From the IMG/VR virus record IMGVR_UViG_3300049830_000285, positions 1-64,000 of that record: 64,000 nucleotides of DNA, one strand, 5' to 3'. This DNA comes from a virus. Below the pieces are notes generated by a model that did no database searches, was not told where the DNA came from, and saw nothing but the letters and a program-made list of their open reading frames with translations. Both the position numbers and the translations under genes were made by a program. Below are positions 26,838 to 36,546 of this stretch, one piece after another. How positions within the stretch are numbered: position 1 is the first letter of the stretch; each line of letters opens with the position of its first letter.

Positions 26838-29270
26838 ATGGCTAATAATAATAACAAAGCGGAGGGACTAGACGTTGCAATTGCGTCAGCAGCAAGAGAA
26901 GCTCTTGGTAAAAAGTCCACCCGTACCGCAGCAAGCACAACCCCACCTGGTGCGAATTCTTCAGAACATGTTCCACTTCCGGGTGTCCGAACGGGGCGCA
27001 TGGATGGAACGGTTACCAGGCGAATGGGGCAGTTCTCGGGCGGTGGTAGTAATACCAGCTTAGGGCCACCATCATTTTACGCACCATGGTTAACCGCATC
27101 TTCTTGGCAAATACCCAATAATAGAAAGGAAATCTATTTATGGGCACAATGGTGGGTTGATAACGAACCTAAAGTTGCCGCTGGTATTGAATTTTACACA
27201 GATTTTCCATTAAGTGGCTTTACACTTGAATGCCCAAATGCTTATGTTAAAGATTACTTTGAGAAGTTGAACAAAAAGCTGAAAATCAGTAAGAAAAATC
27301 CGCAAATTTCTCAAGAATATCATCTTAGGGGAGATTGTTTTGTTTTAGCCTCGCTAGAGTGCGAAAAATGTGGTGGAATGAATGAAGACCCCGATACGGG
27401 TGAACCGTGTAAACACGAAGGCGCTTCGTGGAAGGGATTGTCAATTTTAAATCCAGACCACATTGAAGTTCATCCAGCTATGCTCGACCAAGAGCCAGAA
27501 TATTTCTTCTTACCAGATGATATGATGAAAAAAGTAGTTCAGGAAAGAAGACCTGAAAAACTTTATAATTCAATGAGACCAGAAATGCGAAAGCTGATTT
27601 TAAGCGGTCAGCCAATTCATTTCTCTCCAGAATGTATTTATCACTTTAAGCGCGGCGGTCAACCCTGGCAGCCATTTGGTACCTCTCTTTTGCGTCGATT
27701 GTTCCAGACTCTTGCTTATAAGGATAAATTGCGTCAAGCTCAATGGTTGGTTGCAGAACGACACATCATTCCTATTAAAATCGTTAAGATTGGTGATAAA
27801 GACCGACCCGCAACAGAAGAAGATTTGATTGATGCACAAGACGAGCTTACAGCCCTCGCAAATGACCCTCTTCTTACTATTGTAACTCACCACGCATTTG
27901 ATTTTGATTATGTTGGCGCAAGCGGTAAGGTGCTGCAACTAACAAATGAATATGAAAATCTAAACCAAGATATTATTGATGGCTTGATGTTAAATAAAGC
28001 TATTATTAATGGCGAAGGGCCGTCATATAGTAATGCTCAAGTTGGATTGCTTACAATGGCTAAAAGACTTGAAAGATTCCGAGAAGAAGTGGCATTCTGG
28101 ATGGAAGAGCATCTTTATAAACCAGTTGCTATGTGGAACGGATTTACCACAGAAGGTAAGCGTGGTCAAATCGAATATGTTTACCCGACAGTAAAATTTG
28201 ATGATTTGCAATTACGAGATGACACCGGAAAGTTACAAACACTATTAGCTGCAAATCAGGCTGGTATTGTTTCAAATCAATCTGTTGTTGAAGCTTTGGG
28301 ATTACCATATGACCAAGAAGTTGAAAGACTTAGATTTGAACAAGGTTCTTCATTTATATCTTCACCAGACTTAATGAACACTGACATGAATAATGGATTT
28401 GGTCAAGGCGCGGGCGGCATGGGCAACGGCTTCCGTGGCCCAATTCCAGGGGCTCCGGGTGGTGCTCCAGGTGGCGCATCTCCAAGTGCCCCGATGGGAG
28501 CACCAGATATGGGCGGCATGCCTGGTTTGGCACCAGCAGCGAGTAATGACTGGAAAGCTAATTATAGATTTGCTTCCACGGTCAGCGGGGATATGTATGA
28601 TGTTCAATTGGCAACATGTCAAAATGAGCGCATTATTCGAACAGCTAGTAGAAAAATTCTCAGTCAAGCACATAAGGAATACATTGAAAGCATCGCACCA
28701 GTAACGGGAAGAGGCGCTTTGGGCGCTCTAGATATAGAGCCAAATGATGTATTTTCACAACTTGCTTTTGGGCCGAATGATGGTGGGCCGTTCTGTACTG
28801 CTATGAATAGAGCAGCTATGTATGAGATTATTCAATTTGATAAAGAAATGACTAATCGAGGCATGGTAAGAACTGGCGCTAAGAAAGGTGAAACCAAGCA
28901 AACATATCGCTTTACATCATTGGAACAAAAGCTATATCGACTCTTAATGCAAGCTGGATTACCTTTTGCCTGGTATGCACAGTATCTTGCTGGGCCGATG
29001 ACACAGCACTTCGAATATCAACTAGATGCCGCTATCCCAGCTATTAAATTGGGATTGGAAGCGGACGGTGAAATCTATCATAGTAATCCTGAAAAAATTG
29101 CTAAAGATAGAAAACGAGACTCATTACTAGCAACACAAGGTTGGACAATACTTCGTTTCACTGAAAGCGAATTAAATGAACATCCAGAAGAAGTGTTAAA
29201 AGTTATTATGCAAATGATTAGAAGGCTGATGGGCGCTGGCGAACATGTCGGTTCTACCGTTATTTTGTAA
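26838..29270 (+). CDS. Portal protein fused to a C-terminal DUF559/Vsr-like endonuclease domain
   Basis: Portal-type core (PFGTSLL, HIIPIKIVKIG, NAQVGL) directly upstream of the protease. After a Gly/Pro linker comes LEQKL..., YQLDAAIP..KLGLEADGEIYH...DRKRD.LL..QGWTILRF. Confidence 0.8.
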   Translation: MANNNNKAEGLDVAIASAAREALGKKSTRTAASTTPPGANSSEHVPLPGVRTGRMDGTVTRRMGQFSGGGSNTSLGPPSFYAPWLTASSWQIPNNRKEIYLWAQWWVDNEPKVAAGIEFYTDFPLSGFTLECPNAYVKDYFEKLNKKLKISKKNPQISQEYHLRGDCFVLASLECEKCGGMNEDPDTGEPCKHEGASWKGLSILNPDHIEVHPAMLDQEPEYFFLPDDMMKKVVQERRPEKLYNSMRPEMRKLILSGQPIHFSPECIYHFKRGGQPWQPFGTSLLRRLFQTLAYKDKLRQAQWLVAERHIIPIKIVKIGDKDRPATEEDLIDAQDELTALANDPLLTIVTHHAFDFDYVGASGKVLQLTNEYENLNQDIIDGLMLNKAIINGEGPSYSNAQVGLLTMAKRLERFREEVAFWMEEHLYKPVAMWNGFTTEGKRGQIEYVYPTVKFDDLQLRDDTGKLQTLLAANQAGIVSNQSVVEALGLPYDQEVERLRFEQGSSFISSPDLMNTDMNNGFGQGAGGMGNGFRGPIPGAPGGAPGGASPSAPMGAPDMGGMPGLAPAASNDWKANYRFASTVSGDMYDVQLATCQNERIIRTASRKILSQAHKEYIESIAPVTGRGALGALDIEPNDVFSQLAFGPNDGGPFCTAMNRAAMYEIIQFDKEMTNRGMVRTGAKKGETKQTYRFTSLEQKLYRLLMQAGLPFAWYAQYLAGPMTQHFEYQLDAAIPAIKLGLEADGEIYHSNPEKIAKDRKRDSLLATQGWTILRFTESELNEHPEEVLKVIMQMIRRLMGAGEHVGSTVIL

Positions 29271-29443
29271 AAGTATTCTTTAGCAGGTGTTAGAGAATAC
29301 TTCACCAAATAAATGAATACAATAGCTTCAAAAACATCTTAATTTTTTGAAAAACTAAAGGTATCAGCCCAATTCTTGCAGAAATGCTCTATTAGACTGA
29401 TTTTCAAAAAACTTGAAGCGAAAAACAGGAGAAAGCCAACATT

Positions 29444-32400
29444 ATGATGGAAAGACAAGGCAAATCAGGCGGATTCATTACGATAAGTAGTCTGATTATG
29501 AGTGAGGATAGAAAGAAAGCTGTTCCGCAGCGTCTTGCTATGGCTTCAGGTTCTGCTATGCGAATGGCAGCAAAAGAGGGTCTTTTAAGTTTATATGCTG
29601 ATGCAGATGATGTATTAGATAAATATAAAGATTTCGATATCGCCGCTTCTATGCGCGAACACAAAGGAAAATTACTGTGGGTGAGAGCGCGAGCTATTGA
29701 CGCAGATGTTGCTAACGCAAACGGTGATTATTTCAGTGAAAAGGAATTGCTTGGTGAGGTTGTTGACCAAAAGGGTAACAAAATGCCAGCCTACAAAACG
29801 TTTGAAGGCGTTCCGATTTACACAAACCACAAAAATGATGATATTGAACAAGCCAAGGGTATGGTTGTTTATGCCGAATGGGATGAAAAAGAAAAATGTG
29901 TTTATTGTACATTTATCGTAGACGAAGAAGCATATCCTGAAATTGCACGTGGTATTCGAGTTGGATATATGCATGATGTCTCAATGGGATGTCAAGTTGA
30001 ATCCGGTACATGTTCTGAGTGCGAAAATAAAGCATCAACAGAAAAAGAATATTGTGATTGTCTTAAAAAGTATAAAGGCAAAAAGCATCCCAAAACTGGT
30101 AAAAAGGTTTACGAAAAAAATCATGGTATCAAATTTATTGAACTTTCTGTTGTTGGTGACGGCGCTTTCGATAGTTGTATGATTGAAGAAATCTACGATG
30201 TAGATGATATTCTAAACAAAGCTGCTAATCTTGACAAAAGAGCAGAGTCAATCAGAAGTTCAATCATTGTCGCAAGTACATCCACTCCAAAAGACTTCAT
30301 GGTACGAAGAGCATATGAAGATTGTCTTCGTACTGCATATGATACAACTAAGCAGACTATTCGTGTAGCACAAAGTGCTGGCACGTTAGTTGGCGGTCAA
30401 TTGCTTGCTGGAGAGGGAGCGGGAAATAACACTACAGTTTCCAACATCTTGAAGTTCCTTGGTATTGAAGGTACCGCAGGATTGAATATTCTTGATATGT
30501 TGAACTTAGCGCTCAACTTTTTGGAAGTTGCCGTTATGAATCTTTTCGCTAGAAAAGATAATGTAGATTTGGCACACGTTGGCAAAATCACTAAATCTAT
30601 GGCTGATTTACAATCAACCATGCAAGATATGATTGATGATGGAGTCGAAACAGGCGGAAATGGTCAGCAACCTATGAATCAAGGTTCAATGCAGCCACCA
30701 CAAGAAGCACAACCAGGTGGTCAAACTCCACAAGACGATTATTCACAGGGCGCAGTAGGGCGCTCAATGGGGCCTCAAGCTCCACAGGGCGCACCTCAAG
30801 GTGGCGCACCTCAAACACAGAATCAGGCATTCCAGGGAATGCCGATGGGATTTGGTGGTGGTATTTTTGCCAACAGCAATTTCAACCGCGTAGTTTGGGC
30901 ACATGATGATGAGGAAGAGGTTTCTAGCAGAACTGTCACGGCAGCTACTATGCGAGAAACAAATGAATCATTTGAAATGAGCCCTGCGACTTACAACAGT
31001 AAGTCCGTGACAAAGTTGGCAGAATCTATTATGAGTCTAGCTGACACGCTTGGTGTATCAACTCATCAAGCAACCCCAAATCCAGTAGTGGCATCAAAAC
31101 CACTGCCAAACAAACCAAGCACCCAGACCGGAGGAAATAAAACAATGAGCATTGACTTTTTCAAGCAGTTCAAACAGTCTCGCAATAAGCGAGAGGCCGC
31201 GGTGATGGAGCAGGAAGTCAAGGTTTCTGATAAATCAGGACATCAACTTCGGCTCTCCGCTGACGGTAGCATCAAGGCATATTATCAAGGACAACTTGTT
31301 CCTGATTTTGACCCAATTCTTACAGAAGAGCACAAAGCAGCTATTGAAGCTGAAGACGGCCCTCGCGTAGCCGCCGCCCTTTTATCAGATTTTCAGAGAT
31401 TTACTCGAACTGCTGAGTGGAAACCATCTCATGAATACAATGAAACACGAGAAGAACAATTAGAAGCAGTTCGAACTGGAACTGACGATGATGTGAAAGA
31501 AAATCTTCTTGGTGATAAAGCTGGTCGATATAATCGAACCAACGAAGAGCAAGATATCAAAGAAAGAGAGCTTGGTAAGAAAGATTTGCGACCTGGCACC
31601 GACGATGAGGTAAAAGAAAATCTTCTTGGTGACAAAGCTGGATTGTATTCTCGACAGAACAATGAAATTGATGTTCGAGAGAATTTAATCAATGACGCTC
31701 GACGTGGGCACCCTGTCGATGTTATTGAACTCCAACTTGACCAAGTTCGAAAGAATTACGGGCCTGGTGACACTGGTTTGGTTACAACTGCGAGTGTTGA
31801 TGCTTTGTGCAAAGCTGTTATTGCTGCACGAGTAACTCCAGAAGAAGTTGTTGAAGCAACTCAAGTGCTTGCTGAAAGAGCTGATTTCGTTGAATTGCTT
31901 CAACTTGCTCACCTTGGTGATAAAACTCGCCGCGTTGAAGCAAAGCGAAATGATTTCTGGAAACTTGGTAGCACCGAAATTGCTGCTGAAGCTGCTGTAC
32001 TTGACGCTCTTGGAACTGCTGTAACTAATGAAATTACTGCTGCTGACATTGCAGAATGTCTTCATGTTGTAACATCAGAAGTAAGCAAGGCTATTCAGTC
32101 AGTTACTCGAATGGTTAAAGCTCATATAGGAGACAACTCTGGTGTCGAACCTTCTATGTTGCGCAAGACAGTTTCTAAAGCTGACAAATATCGCGCAGCT
32201 TTGGCTACCATTGCCGAAACTGAAACCGAACAACCGATGAAAGACCATATCAAAACAGCTTTGTTTGCTTTTGCAAATGCCGCTGACGAATTGGCTGCTC
32301 ATCCACATGAAATTGTTGCTGCTTTATCAAGTGTTGAAGAATCTGATTTGCTCGCAGACATGGAGCTTGCTCGTTCTGCCGCAGTTCGCGCTTCTCGATT

Positions 32401-33760
32401 AACAGTTAGAGCACGTCGCGATTTCTGGGGTGCGGGACGCTTTGCTTCTAAAGAAGGCGTTTATGAAAATGTTGTTGGTTGGTTGGCTGACTATGCGGAA
32501 GCTGGTAACTACTCCAGCGGAAGCATTGTTACTGCTGCTAAGAAATTGGTTGCACAGCCAGTTGCTGCTGAGAAATTAATCAGCAAGGTTATTACAACCA
32601 CAACTAAAACAGCCGCTATTCAGGTAACTGACGAGCGAACAAGCACCAAGCGATTGGAATGCACTGTGACCGATATTGGTCTTGACCCGAAAGATGAGGG
32701 TTTTGAATCTGCTTTTCGAGACAAGGCAATTGAAATCATGGCTTCCAACGGATACACAGTTGACCCATCTACTTTCACATTCACTGATTTAAATATCAAC
32801 GGCGAAACAGTTAGCGCATCTGTAACCTCTACAGTTCGAAAAACATTTAATGCCGATGCTCCTAGCACTGGTATGGTGTCTGGTGCAACTGATGGTGGCG
32901 ATATTTCAGCCAATGTTTCAGCACCTGGTTCAGAAGAAATAGCTGAAGCAGCTCCTACCGAAGAGCCAACAGTAGTTATGAGTGAATCAATCAAGAACAT
33001 TCGAATCGCACAGCGACAAGAAATCTTGAGTCGATATGCTCAAATGCCTGGTGGTGGTGGTGGTATGGGCGCTGGTGCCCCTGGTGGAGCTGGTGCTCCT
33101 CCTGCTGGTGATTTAGCTGGTGCGGCTGACGGACTTGGCATTTCCTCGTTCACTGCTCCAACTGCTGAAAATCCAGATGAAGACCCAACAAATGTTGACG
33201 ATATGTCTGAACCAGGAACTAAAAAGCCATGGGGGACAATTTGTCCACAGTGTGGTAGTGAAGATGTTGATGTTGCAAACGGTGAAGGCAACTGTAACTC
33301 ATGTAATGCTCAAATTGAGTATGAGTTCAGCGCCAAAGTTAAGCCAAGTAGTGACAAAGATAAAGGAGCTGAGCCAGCACCTGCCGCTGACGAAGCCGCA
33401 GCACCTGAGCTTGGTGGAGATATGGGACTTGGCGGAGCAACTGCTCCTGCACCTGCTGGTGGCGCTCCCGGTGGAGCCGCACCTGGCCCTGGTGGAACTG
33501 CACCAATGATGATGTCCGCCTCTTACAAGACTAGCCCAGAAGTATTGATTCGTGTTGCACAACTTGGTGACAATTTCGATAGAAATGCTGAAAAGGTTCT
33601 TCCTGTGGGATTCGTATGTCCTAAGTGTGGAGACAAGAATGCAAACAAAATTGCATCAATCGGACGCTCCTATTGCTACGAATGCGGAACCATTGCCGCA
33701 TCTGAAATTCAAGAAAGAAACGGAGAACTTTACTCCACCATTTCATGGGTTATTAACTAA
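29444..33760 (+). CDS. Prohead maturation protease fused to a long scaffold/core region
   Basis: N-terminal NANGDYF, FEGVPIYTNH (His), DVSMG (Ser), FIELSVV; followed by ~1200 aa of helical and low-complexity sequence and two C-terminal Cys4 ribbons. Confidence 0.8.
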   Translation: MMERQGKSGGFITISSLIMSEDRKKAVPQRLAMASGSAMRMAAKEGLLSLYADADDVLDKYKDFDIAASMREHKGKLLWVRARAIDADVANANGDYFSEKELLGEVVDQKGNKMPAYKTFEGVPIYTNHKNDDIEQAKGMVVYAEWDEKEKCVYCTFIVDEEAYPEIARGIRVGYMHDVSMGCQVESGTCSECENKASTEKEYCDCLKKYKGKKHPKTGKKVYEKNHGIKFIELSVVGDGAFDSCMIEEIYDVDDILNKAANLDKRAESIRSSIIVASTSTPKDFMVRRAYEDCLRTAYDTTKQTIRVAQSAGTLVGGQLLAGEGAGNNTTVSNILKFLGIEGTAGLNILDMLNLALNFLEVAVMNLFARKDNVDLAHVGKITKSMADLQSTMQDMIDDGVETGGNGQQPMNQGSMQPPQEAQPGGQTPQDDYSQGAVGRSMGPQAPQGAPQGGAPQTQNQAFQGMPMGFGGGIFANSNFNRVVWAHDDEEEVSSRTVTAATMRETNESFEMSPATYNSKSVTKLAESIMSLADTLGVSTHQATPNPVVASKPLPNKPSTQTGGNKTMSIDFFKQFKQSRNKREAAVMEQEVKVSDKSGHQLRLSADGSIKAYYQGQLVPDFDPILTEEHKAAIEAEDGPRVAAALLSDFQRFTRTAEWKPSHEYNETREEQLEAVRTGTDDDVKENLLGDKAGRYNRTNEEQDIKERELGKKDLRPGTDDEVKENLLGDKAGLYSRQNNEIDVRENLINDARRGHPVDVIELQLDQVRKNYGPGDTGLVTTASVDALCKAVIAARVTPEEVVEATQVLAERADFVELLQLAHLGDKTRRVEAKRNDFWKLGSTEIAAEAAVLDALGTAVTNEITAADIAECLHVVTSEVSKAIQSVTRMVKAHIGDNSGVEPSMLRKTVSKADKYRAALATIAETETEQPMKDHIKTALFAFANAADELAAHPHEIVAALSSVEESDLLADMELARSAAVRASRLTVRARRDFWGAGRFASKEGVYENVVGWLADYAEAGNYSSGSIVTAAKKLVAQPVAAEKLISKVITTTTKTAAIQVTDERTSTKRLECTVTDIGLDPKDEGFESAFRDKAIEIMASNGYTVDPSTFTFTDLNINGETVSASVTSTVRKTFNADAPSTGMVSGATDGGDISANVSAPGSEEIAEAAPTEEPTVVMSESIKNIRIAQRQEILSRYAQMPGGGGGMGAGAPGGAGAPPAGDLAGAADGLGISSFTAPTAENPDEDPTNVDDMSEPGTKKPWGTICPQCGSEDVDVANGEGNCNSCNAQIEYEFSAKVKPSSDKDKGAEPAPAADEAAAPELGGDMGLGGATAPAPAGGAPGGAAPGPGGTAPMMMSASYKTSPEVLIRVAQLGDNFDRNAEKVLPVGFVCPKCGDKNANKIASIGRSYCYECGTIAASEIQERNGELYSTISWVIN
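31478..31645 (+). repeat. Duplicated coding segment GTDD(D/E)VKENLLGDKAG
   Basis: Two near-identical ~48-bp copies 117 bp apart. Confidence 0.85.
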
Positions 33761-33776
33761 GAAAACTTAGTTATCC

Positions 33777-33808
33777 GGCTCCTAAGGCATCGCCTTGGGA
33801 GCCTTTTT
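33777..33808 (+). terminator. Intrinsic terminator
   Basis: GGCTCCTAAGGC-ATC-GCCTTGGGAGCC-TTTTT. Confidence 0.85.
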
Positions 33809-33887
33809 GGTTCATTATAAGCTTTTTTCACAGAATATGCCATGTTTTGCAGGTGAAAACAAAAAAGATTTAGAAGACATTAAGTGT

Positions 33888-33907
33888 TGCGAGAAATAGT
33901 TCTCGCA
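33888..33907 (+). promoter_or_regulatory. 5' leader hairpin of the scaffold-capsid transcript
   Basis: TGCGAGAA-ATAG-TTCTCGCA ahead of the GGGAG RBS for 33935. Confidence 0.4.
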
Positions 33908-33934
33908 CGAGACAGAAAGGGAGCAAGTCAGTAA

Positions 33935-35794
33935 ATGAAAACTCAAAATACAAGCGCCCACCGTGATGCGGTTCGAAAGTCAATGAAATTGGCTGAGTTC
34001 CGTGACATCTTAAGTGCTACTGACGCAACCGATATGGAAACCTGTGTAAATGATTTAGTCAAGAATGCAGGATTGAGCATAACGGAGGCGCGAGTAGTTG
34101 CTGCTGCCTATCGCAACGAAGCTCTTCCTCGAATTGCCCATGAAATGGGATTAGGAGAAGAAGAAGCAAGAGGTGCAATAGGACTTCATGGTGGCATGAA
34201 GACTACTGACTTCGCAAAAGCTAAACCACACGACGACGAATTTAAAGACGACAAGGATGGCATCTTGCCTAGCGATGAATCTATTGATGAGGAAATCGAA
34301 GAGCATGGTCACACTCCATCAGCAGAGGAAGAAGGTATGGAAGGGGAAACCCCTGAAATGCACTCACCGGAAGTTGAGGAAGCTATCGAAGATAAAGGCG
34401 CTATGATGCCTAACGAAGATTTAAACACAGATTTAAGCGAAGTAAACGAAGATAAAGGCGAAACAGCTTTAATACAAATTGAAGTACCCGCAAGCGAGAT
34501 TGATGCAGTTCAACGATTGTTGGACGAACATTTCGGAGGCGGATTAAACGCTCACGATGATGATGCCCTGCCAATCAAGGAAGAATCTCTTCCAATGGAT
34601 GGTGGTGCAGAATTTGCGGAATCAGCCCCGGCAAACCCGCTAAATACACACGAACACGAACAGGTGGAACCACAAATGGATGCAAAACAGCTATTAGCTC
34701 GCAGAAATGAACGTGCTGCAATTCTTGCAGGCACAAACACCCGCACGGTTACTGCCGAAGATGACACAAAGCCAAAGGACATTGGACTTGGCAAGGATAC
34801 TTCTGATGGTGGAAAATCGTTCCAGTATGCGGGAGATGCTCAATATAAGGGCGAAGACGACCGACCAACTGCTACTAAGCAGAATTCTGAAGGCAATAGC
34901 CTTCGAGAACAGAATCCTACTTTCAAGAAGCAGCCAGTCCCAACCAACAACGCTGATAACCTACAGCTTAAGAGCGGCTATGACGCTGTTAAGAGAGAAG
35001 GCAGCCCTGACGGAACATTAGATTACACAGTCGATTTCGACCAGTTGAATAAAATTCCTTCGTCAGACCCAGACAGAATTGACGGATATACCGTCCCAAC
35101 ACAAATGCAAGAAGTAGTTGGCCCACGTAAGACGACTATTGCTGAGCGCATTGTAGAATGCAGCGGATGTAATAACCCTCATACAAAGTCTATTAATCAA
35201 GCTGAGTGTCAGGACTGCAAAACAGTCATTGCTATCTGTGAAGATTGCGAGAACGAAGGCTATTGCCCAGTTTGTGCAGGAGTCACAGTTGCTAAGACCG
35301 TTGAGGCAGAAGACAGTGGTGTAACAATCGAAATTGATGCCAAGAAAGATACTGAAGAAGCAAAGGGTACCAACCCTAGCGTCAAGCAGAACAATGGTGA
35401 TGGTTTCGTTCGCAAGCCACATGAAGACGACGAATCATCTCGTAAAGCGATGGCTCTATCCCAAGCTCGTATGAAGACAGCTTACTCTGTAAGCTACAAA
35501 CTTGCTTTGGCTGGTGTTATTGAAGCCGAGGAAGTGGACAGCAATGTGGATATGTGGTTGGCTGATGGCTTGAGCCCAGCGACTATGGTTTCACAAGGCA
35601 AGTTAATGCTTAAGTCCGCATCGTCAGCGGCAGAAAGAGTTGCTTCTAGCTTCTCTGATAATCGCAACGTTCGAACAGCGAACGTCTCTTTGAACCCTGG
35701 TGCATTTGTTACTGCGTCTACGCAAAACAATGCTCCAAATGACTTAAGAGAGGCTCTTCGCAGCATTCTCATGCCGAAATACGAGGATTCTTAA
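33935..35794 (+). CDS. Acidic scaffolding-like head protein
   Basis: 619 aa, very acidic, internal Cys cluster, helical C-terminus; lies between the protease and capsid genes. Confidence 0.6.
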   Translation: MKTQNTSAHRDAVRKSMKLAEFRDILSATDATDMETCVNDLVKNAGLSITEARVVAAAYRNEALPRIAHEMGLGEEEARGAIGLHGGMKTTDFAKAKPHDDEFKDDKDGILPSDESIDEEIEEHGHTPSAEEEGMEGETPEMHSPEVEEAIEDKGAMMPNEDLNTDLSEVNEDKGETALIQIEVPASEIDAVQRLLDEHFGGGLNAHDDDALPIKEESLPMDGGAEFAESAPANPLNTHEHEQVEPQMDAKQLLARRNERAAILAGTNTRTVTAEDDTKPKDIGLGKDTSDGGKSFQYAGDAQYKGEDDRPTATKQNSEGNSLREQNPTFKKQPVPTNNADNLQLKSGYDAVKREGSPDGTLDYTVDFDQLNKIPSSDPDRIDGYTVPTQMQEVVGPRKTTIAERIVECSGCNNPHTKSINQAECQDCKTVIAICEDCENEGYCPVCAGVTVAKTVEAEDSGVTIEIDAKKDTEEAKGTNPSVKQNNGDGFVRKPHEDDESSRKAMALSQARMKTAYSVSYKLALAGVIEAEEVDSNVDMWLADGLSPATMVSQGKLMLKSASSAAERVASSFSDNRNVRTANVSLNPGAFVTASTQNNAPNDLREALRSILMPKYEDS

Positions 35795-35830
35795 TCGGTT
35801 TCGGAAATCTCTAGGAGGAAATAAAAAACA

Positions 35831-36508
35831 ATGGCTATTCGACCACTATTCGAACTCATTCAAGGAAACTTCGAAATGAGCAAATCAGTTACCTGCTTGG
35901 CAGGTGACGCCTTAGTCCGCAGCCCATATACTGGACTCTGCATTGTTGCAGACCGTTCTTTGGTTGCAACTGCATACAACTCGGGCACAGGTGCCTTCAG
36001 CCACACAGCGCATACATTTGTAGGCTTTGCTGCTGATGACCACGCTCGAACTGGTGCAACGATGATTCTGCCTGACCCAGTTGGTTCAACTGTTGTTAGC
36101 TCAGATGGTAGCACGTTCACTGCTTCTAACAACGGTTTCTATGCTGTTGCAAAGCGAGCTTTGGGCGATTTCGTTGACGAACTCGTAACTAACGTTTCTG
36201 ACCCAACTAGTGGTTCCACTGGTTATCAGGGCCCACGCCGAGGTATTGGTGTTTACACCTCTCCTTCAGGTCAATTCGTTACAGACCGATTCGTTGCTGT
36301 TATTACAACTGCTGCAAGCACCGACGACACCAACCCATACACATTCTTGCCAGGTGACTACTTGACATTCGGTGCGACCGCAAATGCTGGAAAGCTTGTT
36401 GCTATCGACCGAGCCAACCCAACCTTCGGTGAACCCGTTGCTAAAGTTGACAAGTACGACGCTACCGCAGGATTGCTGTACTTCACACAAATCGGAGCTA
36501 TTAACTAA
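35831..36508 (+). CDS. Probable capsid decoration/cement protein
   Basis: 225 aa, beta-rich, strong AGGAGG RBS, directly before the MCP gene. Confidence 0.55.
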   Translation: MAIRPLFELIQGNFEMSKSVTCLAGDALVRSPYTGLCIVADRSLVATAYNSGTGAFSHTAHTFVGFAADDHARTGATMILPDPVGSTVVSSDGSTFTASNNGFYAVAKRALGDFVDELVTNVSDPTSGSTGYQGPRRGIGVYTSPSGQFVTDRFVAVITTAASTDDTNPYTFLPGDYLTFGATANAGKLVAIDRANPTFGEPVAKVDKYDATAGLLYFTQIGAIN

Positions 36509-36546
36509 GGTTAGTGCCTAACGAGGAAAAGGAGAATTAAAAGAAA

